From assembly GCA_027021705.1 (NCBI GenBank), contig JALUTT010000040.1, positions 1-58,389 on the forward strand: a DNA stretch of 58,389 nt. Reading direction: 5' to 3'. The translations under genes were made by a program, and so were the position numbers. The notes below the pieces were generated by a model. It saw nothing but the letters and a program-made list of their open reading frames with translations. It made no database searches and was not told the origin of the DNA. Below, piece after piece: positions 18,997 through 28,583 of the stretch. The DNA is from Anaerolineae bacterium (GTDB taxonomy: Bacteria > Chloroflexota > Anaerolineae > S140-20). Each line of letters begins with the position of its first letter. Position 1 is the first letter of the stretch.

Positions 18997-20212
18997 CCGC
19001 ATCGAGCTCTTCCACGTCTCTATCCCGCTGCCCAAGCCCTTCCACCCCGCCTGGATTCCCGGCTACCCTCAGACTGCCAACCGCTTCACCCTCCTGCGCC
19101 TGACGACGGACGACGGCCTGCAGGGTGTGGCCGCCGGGGCCGCCTTCGAGCGGGAACGGGAAGGGCTGGGCAATTTGCTCGGCCCCTACCTCATCGGCCT
19201 CGACCCTACCGACATCCCCACCGTCCGCCAGCGACTGCGGGAGGCCTCCTACCTGGGCTGGCGGAACTACTGGATGGAGGCCGCTTTCTGGGACATCCGG
19301 GGCAAAGCGGAGGGCAAACCGCTCTGGGCCTTGCTGGGCGGGAAGGAGGCCGGCCGTGTGCCCGTCTACGCCTCCACCGGCGAGGTCCACCCCCCTGAAC
19401 AGCGGGCTGAAGAGGTGCTGGCCCTGCGGGAGATGGGCTTTCGGGCGGTCAAGCTCCGGGTACACAGCTTCGACCCCGCTGAAGACGTCGCCCAGGTGGA
19501 AGCGGTGCGTCGAGCGGTGGGAGATACAATGGAGATCGCCGTGGATGCCAACCAGGGCTGGCGGGTGACGCTGATAGAGGATGCCCCCCTCTGGACGCTG
19601 GAGCGAGCGACCCACTTTGCGCAGGCTTGCGCCGACCTGGACGTGCGCTGGATCGAGGAACCGCTGGATATGCACGCCTACGATGAGCTGGCAGAGCTCC
19701 GTCGTCGCTCCTCGGTGCCCATCGCCGGTGGCGAATTGAACGGCGGCTGGCACGAGTTCAAGGTGATGCTGGAAAAGGGCAGCTACGACATCTACCAGCC
19801 GGATGCAACGATGGGTGGAGGCATTGGCGACGCCCTGCGGGTGCTGAACGCCTGCCGCGACCAGGGGCTGGGGTTCACGCCCCACACCTGGACCAACGGC
19901 CTGGGGTTCATCGTCAACTTACACCTCTACGCCACCGGCCCCCGGGATTACCCCCTGGAGTACCCCTATGAGCCGCCCGGCTGGGTGCCGGAGGCCCGGG
20001 ATGGCCTGCTGGCCGAGCCCATCGAGATCGCTCCCGACGGCACCGTCGCCGTGCCCGAAGCACCAGGGCTGGGCATTCTCCTGGACGAGGAAAAGCTGGC
20101 CCGCTACGGCGAGAAGTACTTTGAGATCACCACCCGAGGCGTCGCCATCAAGACCATCCGCGAGAAGGGGCTCTTCACCGCCCTGCGGCTGGCCCGCCGA
20201 CGCCGCCGTTGA
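18986..20212 (+). CDS. Mandelate racemase/muconate-lactonizing (enolase superfamily) enzyme
   Basis: WDIRGKAEGKPLW, AVKLRV, VDANQ, WIEEP, GGE, QPD. Confidence 0.92.
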   Translation: MKIDRIELFHVSIPLPKPFHPAWIPGYPQTANRFTLLRLTTDDGLQGVAAGAAFEREREGLGNLLGPYLIGLDPTDIPTVRQRLREASYLGWRNYWMEAAFWDIRGKAEGKPLWALLGGKEAGRVPVYASTGEVHPPEQRAEEVLALREMGFRAVKLRVHSFDPAEDVAQVEAVRRAVGDTMEIAVDANQGWRVTLIEDAPLWTLERATHFAQACADLDVRWIEEPLDMHAYDELAELRRRSSVPIAGGELNGGWHEFKVMLEKGSYDIYQPDATMGGGIGDALRVLNACRDQGLGFTPHTWTNGLGFIVNLHLYATGPRDYPLEYPYEPPGWVPEARDGLLAEPIEIAPDGTVAVPEAPGLGILLDEEKLARYGEKYFEITTRGVAIKTIREKGLFTALRLARRRRR

Positions 20213-20225
20213 TGAGGGAGGGAGC

Positions 20226-21317
20226 ATGGACGAATTCCAGCAGAAACTTCAGCGTCTGCGCAGGCTGATGGCCGAACATGGGCTGGACGCCCTCTGGTTG
20301 CGGCGCATCAGCAGCTTCGCCTGGCTCACCGGCGGGGCTGCCAGCTTCGTCAACACGGCAGCCGAGTACGGGGCCGCTTCGATCCTGGTGACGCCGGAGC
20401 GAGCCTACCTGCTCACCAACAACATCGAGGCCCCCCGCCTGCTGGAGGAGGAGGGGTTGGCCGAAGGCGACCTGGAGCCCCACATCTCCCCCTGGCACAC
20501 GCCGGCCGACGCCGTCCAATCCCTCATCGGTGAGGGCCGGCTGGGGACGGACGGCCCCTGGCCCGGCGCAGCAGACCTCAGCGGCCCCATCGCCTGGCTG
20601 CGCAGTCAGCTCCTGCCCCCGGAGCAGGAGCGCTTCCGGGAGCTGGGCCAGCGCTGTGCCGCCGCGATGCAGGCCGCTGTGGCTCGCGTCCGCCCCGGGA
20701 TGCGGGAGTACGAGATCGCCGCGCTCCTGGCCGAGGAGACGCTGGTGCGGGAGGTCTGGCCCATCGTCAACCTGATCGCCGCCGACGAACGGGTCTTCCG
20801 CTACCGCCACCCGCTCCCCACCGGCAAGCGGCTGGAGCGGTACGCAATGCTCGTCCTCTGCGGGCGCTGGCGGGGGCTGGTCTGTTCCATCACCCGGCTG
20901 GTCCACTTCGGCCCGCTGCCGGAGTCCCTGGAGCGCAAGGCCCAGGCTGTGGCCCAGGTAGACGCCACCCTCATCGCCGCCACCCGGCCTGGGGTCCGGT
21001 TGGGCGACGTCTTCCAGCGAGGCGTGGCGGCCTACGCGGCCACCGGGTTCCCCGACGAGTGGCAGCACCACCATCAGGGGGGTGTCGCCGGCTACGAATC
21101 CCGCGAGCGCAAGGCCACGCCTACCTCCAAAGAGCGGGTGGTCGAGGGCCAGGTCTACGCCTGGAACCCCTCCATCGCCAGCACCAAGTCCGAGGACAGC
21201 GTCTTGGTGGGGGCCACGGAGAACGAAGTGCTGACGGTGATCCCCGGCTGGCCCACCATCCCGGTGACCGTCGGGGAGATGACCGTCGAGCGGCCCGCCA
21301 TCTGGGTCTGGCCGTAA
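20226..21317 (+). CDS. M24 family peptidase-like protein
   Basis: Pita-bread fold: YRHP, SITRLVHFG, HHQGG..GYESRE, WNPS..KSED. Confidence 0.85.
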   Translation: MDEFQQKLQRLRRLMAEHGLDALWLRRISSFAWLTGGAASFVNTAAEYGAASILVTPERAYLLTNNIEAPRLLEEEGLAEGDLEPHISPWHTPADAVQSLIGEGRLGTDGPWPGAADLSGPIAWLRSQLLPPEQERFRELGQRCAAAMQAAVARVRPGMREYEIAALLAEETLVREVWPIVNLIAADERVFRYRHPLPTGKRLERYAMLVLCGRWRGLVCSITRLVHFGPLPESLERKAQAVAQVDATLIAATRPGVRLGDVFQRGVAAYAATGFPDEWQHHHQGGVAGYESRERKATPTSKERVVEGQVYAWNPSIASTKSEDSVLVGATENEVLTVIPGWPTIPVTVGEMTVERPAIWVWP

Positions 21318-21370
21318 AAGACGATGCACGGACGTGACCCGTGATGTGCCAAGTTGACAGGAGGTCTTCG

Positions 21371-22171
21371 ATGCCCTTTCACTTCCACGCCCAACGCCAA
21401 CCGGGTTACCAGCCGGTTGTCCAGCCCGGCGACGGGGGTCTGAACCGGCTGGAGGTGGGTCTGCTGACTCTGGAGGAGGGCGCGGCCTACACCGCTGCCA
21501 CCGAAGGCCAGGAGACCTTCCTGGTCCTCTGGGAGGGGCAGGGGATGGTCGAGGTAGGCGACCGGCGATGGGCCGTTGCCCGGGCCGGCCTCTTCCAGGA
21601 GAAGCCCAGCGCCGTCTACGTGCCGCCGGGGATGGCTTGGACGGTTCAAGGGGAGCCGGAGCTGGAGGTCGTCGTCTGCCGGGCCGCGACGGGGTTCGCC
21701 GGAGCCCCCCGCTACATCGGACCGGAGGAGATCGGCGTGCGGGAGGTAGGACGTGCCCCCTACCGGCGGATCATCTACCCCATCGCTACCGACGATTTTC
21801 CGGCCGGCCAGCTCCTCATCGGCGAGACCTTCCACCTCCCCGGGGAGTGGTCCAGCTACCCTCCTCACAAGCACGACACCTGGGACCCGCCCCACGAGAT
21901 CCAGCTTGAGGAGGTCTACTTCTACCGCATCCATCCCCCTCAGGGGTTCGGCCTGCAGCGGCTCTACACCGCCGAGGGGGACATAGATGAGGTGCTGCTG
22001 CTGCGGGATTACGACCTGGTGACCATCCCCCGGGGCTACCATCCGCTGGTGGCCGCCCCGGGCTACGTCATCTACTACCTCTGGGTGCTGGCCGGCGACG
22101 AGCGCCGTATGCAGGTGCGCAACGACCCGGCCCACACCTGGGTAGAGGAAAGGCCCGTCTGGGGCCAATAG
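21371..22171 (+). CDS. iolB: 5-deoxy-glucuronate isomerase (IolB/KduI family)
   Basis: GEWSSYPPHKHD, LEEVYFY, GFGLQRLY, PRGYHP. Confidence 0.85.
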   Translation: MPFHFHAQRQPGYQPVVQPGDGGLNRLEVGLLTLEEGAAYTAATEGQETFLVLWEGQGMVEVGDRRWAVARAGLFQEKPSAVYVPPGMAWTVQGEPELEVVVCRAATGFAGAPRYIGPEEIGVREVGRAPYRRIIYPIATDDFPAGQLLIGETFHLPGEWSSYPPHKHDTWDPPHEIQLEEVYFYRIHPPQGFGLQRLYTAEGDIDEVLLLRDYDLVTIPRGYHPLVAAPGYVIYYLWVLAGDERRMQVRNDPAHTWVEERPVWGQ

Positions 22172-22192
22172 GGGTGAGCAAAGGAGCGTCCT

Positions 22193-23095
22193 ATGTCCCG
22201 ACCCATCACCAAAGCCATCGTCCCGGCGGCCGGCTGGGGAACCCGCCTGTTGCCCGCCACCAAATCGCAGCCCAAGGAGATGCTGCCGGTGGGGCGCAAG
22301 CCCGCCGTCCAGTACGTGGTGGAGGAGCTGCAGGCCGCCGGTGTGCACCAGATCCTCATCATCACAGGCCGGCGCAAACGGGCCATCGAGGACCACTTCG
22401 ACGCCGACCCCGACCTGGTCCGGGTGCTGCGGGAGGCCGGCAACGAGGCGCTGATCGAGGCCCTCTCCTACATCGAGGCCGGCACTCAGTTCTTCTACAC
22501 CCGCCAGAGCACCCCCCAGGGGCTGGGCCACGCCATCTCCTTGGGGGCCAGCTTCGTGGACGGCGAGGACTGCATCGTGGCCCTGGGGGATTCCCTCCTC
22601 TGGGGGCCGGATCCGGCGGCTCCGCTGCGGGCGATGATGCAGGCCCACAAGGAACTCCAGGCCGCCGCCGTTATCGCCGTCGAGGCGGTGCCCGAGGAGG
22701 AGACCCACCAGTACGGCATCGTCGTCCCGGAGGTGGAGGACCCGCCGCCGGGCCGGCCCGTCCGCCTGACCGACATCGTGGAGAAGCCGAGGCGGGGCAC
22801 CGCCCCCAGCAATCTGGCCGTGGCCGCCCGCTACACCTTCAGCCCCCTCATCTTCAACGCTCTGGCCCGCGTCGTCCCAGACCAACGGGGGGAGATTCAG
22901 TTGACCGATGCCATCCGGCTGCTCATCCAGATGGGCGAGCCGGTCTACCTGTGGCGCTTGCGACCCGGCGAACGGCGCTACGACATCGGCAACTTCTTTA
23001 GCTACTTCCGCACCTTCCTCGACTTTGCGCTGACGGATGAACGCTATGGCTACCTGGCACGACAGTACCTCAAGGCGAAGTCCTACGAGCTCTGA
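22193..23095 (+). CDS. galU: UTP--sugar-1-phosphate uridylyltransferase (GalU family)
   Basis: PAAGWGTRLLPATKSQPKEMLP, GLGHA, IVEKP, GEIQLTDA. Confidence 0.88.
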   Translation: MSRPITKAIVPAAGWGTRLLPATKSQPKEMLPVGRKPAVQYVVEELQAAGVHQILIITGRRKRAIEDHFDADPDLVRVLREAGNEALIEALSYIEAGTQFFYTRQSTPQGLGHAISLGASFVDGEDCIVALGDSLLWGPDPAAPLRAMMQAHKELQAAAVIAVEAVPEEETHQYGIVVPEVEDPPPGRPVRLTDIVEKPRRGTAPSNLAVAARYTFSPLIFNALARVVPDQRGEIQLTDAIRLLIQMGEPVYLWRLRPGERRYDIGNFFSYFRTFLDFALTDERYGYLARQYLKAKSYEL

Positions 23096-24182
23096 TGAGA
23101 GTGTTCTCATCTGCTCGGCTCCCGGTCGGGCCGGCATCATCGGCAACCCGACGGATATGTACGGCGGCGCGGTCCTCTCCTGCTCGGTCCCGATGCGGGC
23201 CCGGGTGATGGTGCGGCCGGCCGAGAGCCTGACGCTGGAGACGGATGGGCGGCAGGTGACGATCACTTCCTGGGAGGACCTGCGCCCTCAAGGGGACCGC
23301 TTCGACCTGCCCCGGGCGGTGTTGGACTACCTGCGGCTGCCGCCGTTGAAGGCCCACATCCGCTACGAGAGCGAGATCCCGATGCGCAGCGGGATGGCCG
23401 GCTCGACGGCGCTCCTGGTCGCCCTGTTGCGGGCCATCTTGGCCTGGCAGGGAGACCATCCCGGCCTCTACCCGTTGGCGGAGATGGCCCGCTACATCGA
23501 GTTGAACCACCTGGGGGTCGTCTGCGGCTACCAGGATGCCTATATGGCGACCTTTGGGGGGCTGAACTACATGGACTTTCGGGGGAAGCAGTTCTACCGC
23601 CAGGCGGAGGCGGAACTCTTCGCCACCATTGAGCCCTTAGATGGTCACGTCACCTCCCTACCCTTCCTGCTGGCCTACACCGGCGTGCAGCACGCCTCGG
23701 GGGAGGTGCACAAGCCGATCCGGGAGCGGTGGCTGGAGGGAGAGCCGCAAGTGGTGCGGGCCTACGAGCGGATCACAGAGATCGCCCGGATGGGGAAGAA
23801 GGCGCTGCTGCTGGAGGACTGGGAGACGCTGGGGGCGTTGATGAACGAGAACCACGCCATCCAGCGGGACCTGGGAGGATCGGGGCCGGAGAACGAGCGG
23901 CTGATCGAAGCGGCCCTGGCAGCGGGAGCGCCGGGGGCCAAGCTGGCAGGGGCCGGCCACGGGGGAACGATCATCGCCCTCTGGCCCTACGAGGAGACGG
24001 AGCCTCTGGAGGAGGCGCTGCGGGAGGCAGGGGCGACGGCCTTCTACCGGCCTGTCCCTGCTCCCGGCGTTACCCTGGAGAAACTGCCGGAGGGGAAAGC
24101 GGAACGGGTATCTGTCAGCGGATTTGAGAACGGATTGAGCGGATGGAAGACGCCTACTAACAATCCTGTAACCAGAGCGTAA
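23037..24182 (+). CDS. GHMP family sugar kinase, glucuronokinase-like; start uncertain
   Basis: APGRAGIIGNPTD, IPMRSGMAGSTA, CGYQD, KLAGAGHGG. Confidence 0.85.
   Translation: MNAMATWHDSTSRRSPTSSDESVLICSAPGRAGIIGNPTDMYGGAVLSCSVPMRARVMVRPAESLTLETDGRQVTITSWEDLRPQGDRFDLPRAVLDYLRLPPLKAHIRYESEIPMRSGMAGSTALLVALLRAILAWQGDHPGLYPLAEMARYIELNHLGVVCGYQDAYMATFGGLNYMDFRGKQFYRQAEAELFATIEPLDGHVTSLPFLLAYTGVQHASGEVHKPIRERWLEGEPQVVRAYERITEIARMGKKALLLEDWETLGALMNENHAIQRDLGGSGPENERLIEAALAAGAPGAKLAGAGHGGTIIALWPYEETEPLEEALREAGATAFYRPVPAPGVTLEKLPEGKAERVSVSGFENGLSGWKTPTNNPVTRA
24112..24146 (+). repeat. CGGAT-type repeat arm inside the 3' end of the GHMP kinase gene
   Basis: CTGTCAGCGGATTTGAGAACGGATTGAGCGGATGG, identical to 24864-24898. 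Confidence 0.9.
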
Positions 24183-24227
24183 CCTAGCAGGAGACACGGT
24201 GTGGTAGGATAGAGGCCGGACTTTTCC

Positions 24228-24321
24228 CCCTCCCGCAGGTCACGCGGTGCCCGATGAGAGCAACAGCTTATCGGAGGATGCCTATGGCGTGCTTCAGGCC
24301 ATAGGAGAACCTGCGGGAGGG
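24228..24321. repeat. 94-bp TIR element, copy 2 (subfamily B)
   Basis: Same 13-bp TIRs; interior similar to copies 4, 5 and 6. Confidence 0.9.
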
Positions 24322-24392
24322 CCTAATGAGACCGGTTCTTTTGTGCGGAAGGCCTGCCGGAGCCTCCACAAGACGTACCAGGAGGAGCAACC

Positions 24393-24770
24393 GTGAAGAT
24401 CCTGCTCGTAGACGACGATGCCGCTCTGGTGGGATTGCTGCGCCTGGTGCTGGAGTACGAAGGCCACACCGTGCAGACCGCCTACACGGGCCAGGAAGCC
24501 CTGGAAGCTCTGGAGGAGGAGCAGCCAGACCTGGTTATCCTGGACATCATGATGCCCGACATCAACGGGATCGAGGTCTGTGCCCGCATCCGGGCCACCC
24601 CCCACCTGGCCCATCTCCCCATCGCCATCCTGACGGCGAAGCCGGGCGAAGAGGACCGGATCCGAGCGATGGAGGCAGGCGCCGACGCCTACTGGATGAA
24701 ACCCCTCTCCCCCCGTCAGTTGAAGCAGCGAATCCGAGACCTGATATACGACCGCGTTCCTGCCCTCTGA
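24393..24770 (+). CDS. Single-domain response regulator (receiver only)
   Basis: KILLVDDD, DLVILDIMMP, LTAK, KP; AGGAGG RBS. Confidence 0.95.
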   Translation: MKILLVDDDAALVGLLRLVLEYEGHTVQTAYTGQEALEALEEEQPDLVILDIMMPDINGIEVCARIRATPHLAHLPIAILTAKPGEEDRIRAMEAGADAYWMKPLSPRQLKQRIRDLIYDRVPAL

Positions 24771-24812
24771 GCCGGCGGCATAGCACGTAGCGGCCCGGTG
24801 GCGTCAGTACTT

Positions 24813-24898
24813 CTCAATCCACCCTCCTAATCCGTTGACAGCAGTCCGTTTGGAAATGGATGGCTGTCAGCGGATTTGAGAACGGATTGAGCGGATGG
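24813..24898. repeat. Imperfect palindrome built from CGGAT-type arms
   Basis: CTCAATCCACCCTCCTAATCCGTTGACAGC pairs imperfectly with GCTGTCAGCGGATTTGAGAACGGATTGAG. Confidence 0.8.
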
Positions 24899-24948
24899 GA
24901 GACGACGGCTCCGCAAGCGGTCTATCGAAATCGTATCTATTCGGCCTA

Positions 24949-25042
24949 CCCTCCCGCAGGTCACCGGCCGAGGCGCCTTCAGCCCCGATGGGCTATTGGA
25001 AGCACGGTTTCGCGTCGGAAACGCGCCGAACCTGCGGGAGGG
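24949..25042. repeat. 94-bp TIR element, copy 3 (subfamily A)
   Basis: Same TIRs; inverted relative to copy 1, with similarity extending 9 bp outside (TGAACAGTT). Confidence 0.9.
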
Positions 25043-25124
25043 TGAACAGTTCTCGAAATCCCTTGGATGAGGTACTAGGCAGGGGGGAAAAACCGTGGTA
25101 CAATGGGAGGCGGGGAGGGAGCCT

Positions 25125-25817
25125 ATGGCAGAGGCGAAGGAGACAGCGGTCGCATACGAAGTGGAACCCGAGGTCGAGCCGGCCATCTACATCCGCCCGC
25201 CCATCTACTACCCCGTCTCGGATGGGAAGCCTTTGGCAGAAACCGACGTCCACATCGAGCAGATCATCTACCTTCGTGAAGCCCTCGCCGACTATTTCCG
25301 AGACGACCCCCAGGTCTACGTGGCAGCCAACCTCTTCGTCTACTACGAGGAGGGCGATCCCGGCCAGGTGGTCGCCCCGGATGTCTTCGTCGTCAAGGGG
25401 GTGCCCAAGCAGCGGCGGCGCATCTACCAGGTGTGGAAGGAAGGTAAGGGGCCTGATGTGGTCTTCGAGATCACCTCGCGTCGCACCCGGCGGGAGGACC
25501 TGGGGCCGAAAAAGGGAACTTACGAGGTCCTGGGAGTCCAGGAATACTTCCTGTTCGATCCGTTGGGGGAGTATCTGAACCCTCCCCTGTTGGGATTCCG
25601 GCTGGCGGAATGGGGTTACCGGCCCATCGAGGGAGAGCCCCTGGTAAGCCACGTGCTGGGCCTGGAGTTGCGCGTGGAGGGGAACTTCCTCCGCCTGGTA
25701 GACCCGAAAACCGGGGAGAAGCTGCTAACCCCCCTGGAGGCTCAGGAGGCTCGCCGTCGAGCGGAGGCGGAGTTGGAGCGGCTGCGGGCCGAGTTGGCCC
25801 GGTTACAAGGGAATTAA
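25125..25817 (+). CDS. Uma2 family putative endonuclease
   Basis: YPVSDGKPLAET, VAPDVFVV, PDVVFEITS, GVQEYFLFDP; TGGTACAAT extended -10 at 25096-25104. Confidence 0.93.
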   Translation: MAEAKETAVAYEVEPEVEPAIYIRPPIYYPVSDGKPLAETDVHIEQIIYLREALADYFRDDPQVYVAANLFVYYEEGDPGQVVAPDVFVVKGVPKQRRRIYQVWKEGKGPDVVFEITSRRTRREDLGPKKGTYEVLGVQEYFLFDPLGEYLNPPLLGFRLAEWGYRPIEGEPLVSHVLGLELRVEGNFLRLVDPKTGEKLLTPLEAQEARRRAEAELERLRAELARLQGN

Positions 25818-25820
25818 GAG

Positions 25821-25861
25821 CGGCCCGGCGGCTCATCCTACAGCCGCCGGGCTGTTTTTTT
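25821..25861 (+). terminator. Intrinsic terminator after the Uma2 gene
   Basis: CGGCCCGGCGGCT...AGCCGCCGGGCTG followed by T7. Confidence 0.85.
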
Positions 25862-25888
25862 GCGGCTCTGGCTACCCGACCGCCGCCA

Positions 25889-25983
25889 CCCTCCCGCAGG
25901 TCACGCAGTGCCCGACGATAACGACGGCTTGTCGGAGGCCGCCTATGACGTGCTCCAGGCCGTGGGAGGGACCTGCGGGAGGG
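25889..25983. repeat. 95-bp TIR element, copy 4 (subfamily B)
   Basis: Same TIRs; lies between the convergent Uma2 and tsaD genes. Confidence 0.9.
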
Positions 25984-25995
25984 TCAACCACGAGC

Positions 25996-27045
25996 CTAAA
26001 CCAGCCGCAGGTTGGGTACTACATCCATCTCCCAGCCATCCCGTTGGCCGGCCTGAAAGCGGTAGTAGGCCGCCGCGCCGATCATCGCGGCGTTGTCGGT
26101 GCAGAGGAAGATGGGCGGATAGTAGACGGGGATGTCGCCGGCGCGGGCTTTCACCTCTTCTCGCAGCCGCCGGTTGGCCGAGACGCCTCCTGCGAGGAGG
26201 ATCGCCTTGGCCTGATAGGCAGCCGCTGCCTGCACCGTCTTCTCGGCCAGGACGTCCACCACGGCCTCCTGGAAGGCCGCGGCCAGGTGGGGGATCGGGG
26301 CCTGGCGGGGAGGGCGACCATCAGGCCCTGCCTCGCCATACCCCCTGACTACGCGAAGCACCGCCGTCTTCAAGCCGCTGAAGCTGAAGTCCCAGGAACC
26401 CTCCAGCCAAGCCCGGGGGAAGCGGAGGCGGGCGGGATCCCCCTTCTGGGCCACCCGCTCGATGGCCGGCCCGCCGGGATAGGGAAGCCCCAGCAGCCGC
26501 CCCACCTTGTCAAAGGCCTCGCCAGCGGCATCGTCCCGCGTCCCCCCCAGCCGCTGGTAACGCCCGTGATCCTGCATCAGCACCAGTTCCGTGTGCCCGC
26601 CGGAGACGATGAGGCAGAGCAAAGGGAACTCCAGCGCGTCGGGGTCCGCCGCGCCTTCGCTCTCCGTCTCCAGCCAGTGGGCGTAGATGTGCCCTTCCAG
26701 GTGGTTGATCCCCAGCAGGGGCAGGTCGCGCCCCAAGGCGATCCCCTTGGCCGCGTTCACCCCCACCAGGAGGGAGCCGGCCAGCCCCGGCCCCCGCGTC
26801 ACCGCCACCGCGTGGAGGTCCCGCCACCCCACGTGGGCCTTGACCAGCGCCTCCCGGATGACGGGAACGATGGCCTCGATGTGGGCCCGGGAGGCCATCT
26901 CGGGGAAGACGCCGCCGTACCGGGCGTGAAGGTCTATCTGGGAGGCGACGACGTTGGAGAGGATGCGACGTCCATCCTCGATCACCGCCGCCGCCGTCTC
27001 GTCGCAGGAAGTCTCGATGGCCAAGATGCGCATAGCAGGTCCCAT
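25996..27045 (-). CDS. tsaD: tRNA N6-threonylcarbamoyladenosine transferase TsaD
   Basis: [49 protein letters not shown]. Confidence 0.97.
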   Translation of the reverse strand: MGPAMRILAIETSCDETAAAVIEDGRRILSNVVASQIDLHARYGGVFPEMASRAHIEAIVPVIREALVKAHVGWRDLHAVAVTRGPGLAGSLLVGVNAAKGIALGRDLPLLGINHLEGHIYAHWLETESEGAADPDALEFPLLCLIVSGGHTELVLMQDHGRYQRLGGTRDDAAGEAFDKVGRLLGLPYPGGPAIERVAQKGDPARLRFPRAWLEGSWDFSFSGLKTAVLRVVRGYGEAGPDGRPPRQAPIPHLAAAFQEAVVDVLAEKTVQAAAAYQAKAILLAGGVSANRRLREEVKARAGDIPVYYPPIFLCTDNAAMIGAAAYYRFQAGQRDGWEMDVVPNLRLV

Positions 27046-28280
27046 CAGGCACCAGCAACCGGGATGACCAGATCCTTGGGGAAGTCCGTCAGGTTGTGGA
27101 AGCGTCCATCCTCGTCCAGCCAGAAGGTGTCCTCGATACGGATGCCGAAGCCCTGCTCCGGGTAGTAGAGCCCCGGCTCGACGGTGAAGACGACACCCGG
27201 CTGGAGGGTGTCCTCGTTCCCCGGTACGTCGGCGAAGATGGGCCGGCCGTGGATTTCCAGTCCAAGGCCGTGCCCTAGGGAGTGGACGTACCCCTCCTTG
27301 GTCGTGGGATCGCTCTTCACCGTTGGGTGGCCTCGGGCCTCGAAGAGCTCACAGGCCATGACCTGGTACCGGCGCGTCGCCGCTCCTGGCCGAAGTGCTG
27401 CGACCACCTCGTTGAAGCAGTCCAGCACGTCCCGGTAGGCCCGCTCCACCTCAGGCGGGGCGTACCCCAGGCAGAAGGTACGGGTCATGTCGAAGAAGTA
27501 GCCGCCGCCGGCCTCCTGGGGGAAGAGGTCGAAGACGATGGTCTGGCCCAGCCGCAGGGGGGCATCGTCCTCACCGTGGCTGTGGGGAACGCCGGCATCC
27601 CGCCCGATGGCGAAGATCATCTCCTCGGGGTCCTCCAGGCGGTTCTCGAAGAGGCGAGCCCGAACGAACTGCTTGACGTCCCCCACCGTCAGCGGGGAGC
27701 CATCCTCCCGGACGAGGGCACCGTTGGCGGTGGGGTGGCGGCGCAGGAACCGGACGACGTCGGCCATGATCTGGGAGACGCGCCGGCCCACCTCCCGGAT
27801 GCGGGCGACCTCCTCGGCGTCCTTCGTCGCCTGGGCCACGGCGAAGATGTCGTTGTCGAACTCGCCGACCACCTCGATCTGGGGCAGGGCCGCATCCAGG
27901 GCCCGCAGGAAGACGTAGCTGGCCCCTTGCTCACGGCGTCCGTAGAAGGCGACCCGCCCCTGGACGCCCAGTTCCTCGAAGAGGCGGGTGTAGAGGAGGA
28001 TGGTGGCCTGCAGCCGGTCTCCCTGAGCCTCCTCGATAAACTTGCGAAAGTTGTAGTCTCCCAGGTCGCGGGTGGTGAGGCCGCTCTTGGCCGCCTCGTC
28101 CCGTTCCATCGAAGCGTGGAAGAGGACAGGGGCCTCCCCTCGGCGCTTGATCACCGTAGCGTGGCTCAGCTTGGCGCCGTTGGTCAGGTAGTACATCGTG
28201 GGGTTGTCGCGGACGCCGCCCATCACCACGGCGGCGTCAATGCCCCGCTCGGCCATGAGCCGGTCCAGGTCCCGTTTCAT
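27045..28280 (-). CDS. Xaa-Pro peptidase (M24) family protein
   Basis: [39 protein letters not shown]; start MKRDLD after CAGGAG. Confidence 0.92.
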   Translation of the reverse strand: MKRDLDRLMAERGIDAAVVMGGVRDNPTMYYLTNGAKLSHATVIKRRGEAPVLFHASMERDEAAKSGLTTRDLGDYNFRKFIEEAQGDRLQATILLYTRLFEELGVQGRVAFYGRREQGASYVFLRALDAALPQIEVVGEFDNDIFAVAQATKDAEEVARIREVGRRVSQIMADVVRFLRRHPTANGALVREDGSPLTVGDVKQFVRARLFENRLEDPEEMIFAIGRDAGVPHSHGEDDAPLRLGQTIVFDLFPQEAGGGYFFDMTRTFCLGYAPPEVERAYRDVLDCFNEVVAALRPGAATRRYQVMACELFEARGHPTVKSDPTTKEGYVHSLGHGLGLEIHGRPIFADVPGNEDTLQPGVVFTVEPGLYYPEQGFGIRIEDTFWLDEDGRFHNLTDFPKDLVIPVAGA

Positions 28281-28375
28281 CGCGGTTCTCCTGTGGGGTG
28301 GGATGGGAAGGTCAGGCAAACGACACAGGTACTCTACCACAGTTTGACGGAGGGGGCAAGGGTAGCTAACAGGCC

Positions 28376-28432
28376 GGCCACGAATGGTCCACGAATGCAC
28401 GGGTGGGACAGCCTGTCATCGTGTATTCGTGG
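28376..28432. repeat. CACGAAT-type imperfect palindrome
   Basis: CCACGAATGGTCCACGAATGCACG...CGTGTATTCGTGG; related to 58148-58222. Confidence 0.75.
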
Positions 28433-28493
28433 GGGCGGCCACCAGAGCTGCCCCTCGGTGAACGGCCCACCACCTATGGAGAACCACAAGGGA

Positions 28494-28522
28494 ACAAAGC
28501 CCCTGCCCTAACGGCAGGGGCT
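28494..28522 (-). terminator. Intrinsic terminator after the Kelch-DUF11 gene
   Basis: AGCCCCTGCC stem, followed by TTTGTT on the minus strand. Confidence 0.75.
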
Positions 28523-28583
28523 CTCTGCAGCTTCGCCTAGGGGTTCCCGGTGGCCGCACAGACCTTACAGCAGCACCGGGCAC

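Noticed and set aside
24228..25983. TIR elements as integron attC sites
   Set aside because: There are no conserved RYYYAAC/GTTRRRY ends (GTTAGGC occurs only in copy 1), orientations are mixed, and no integrase is present in the window.
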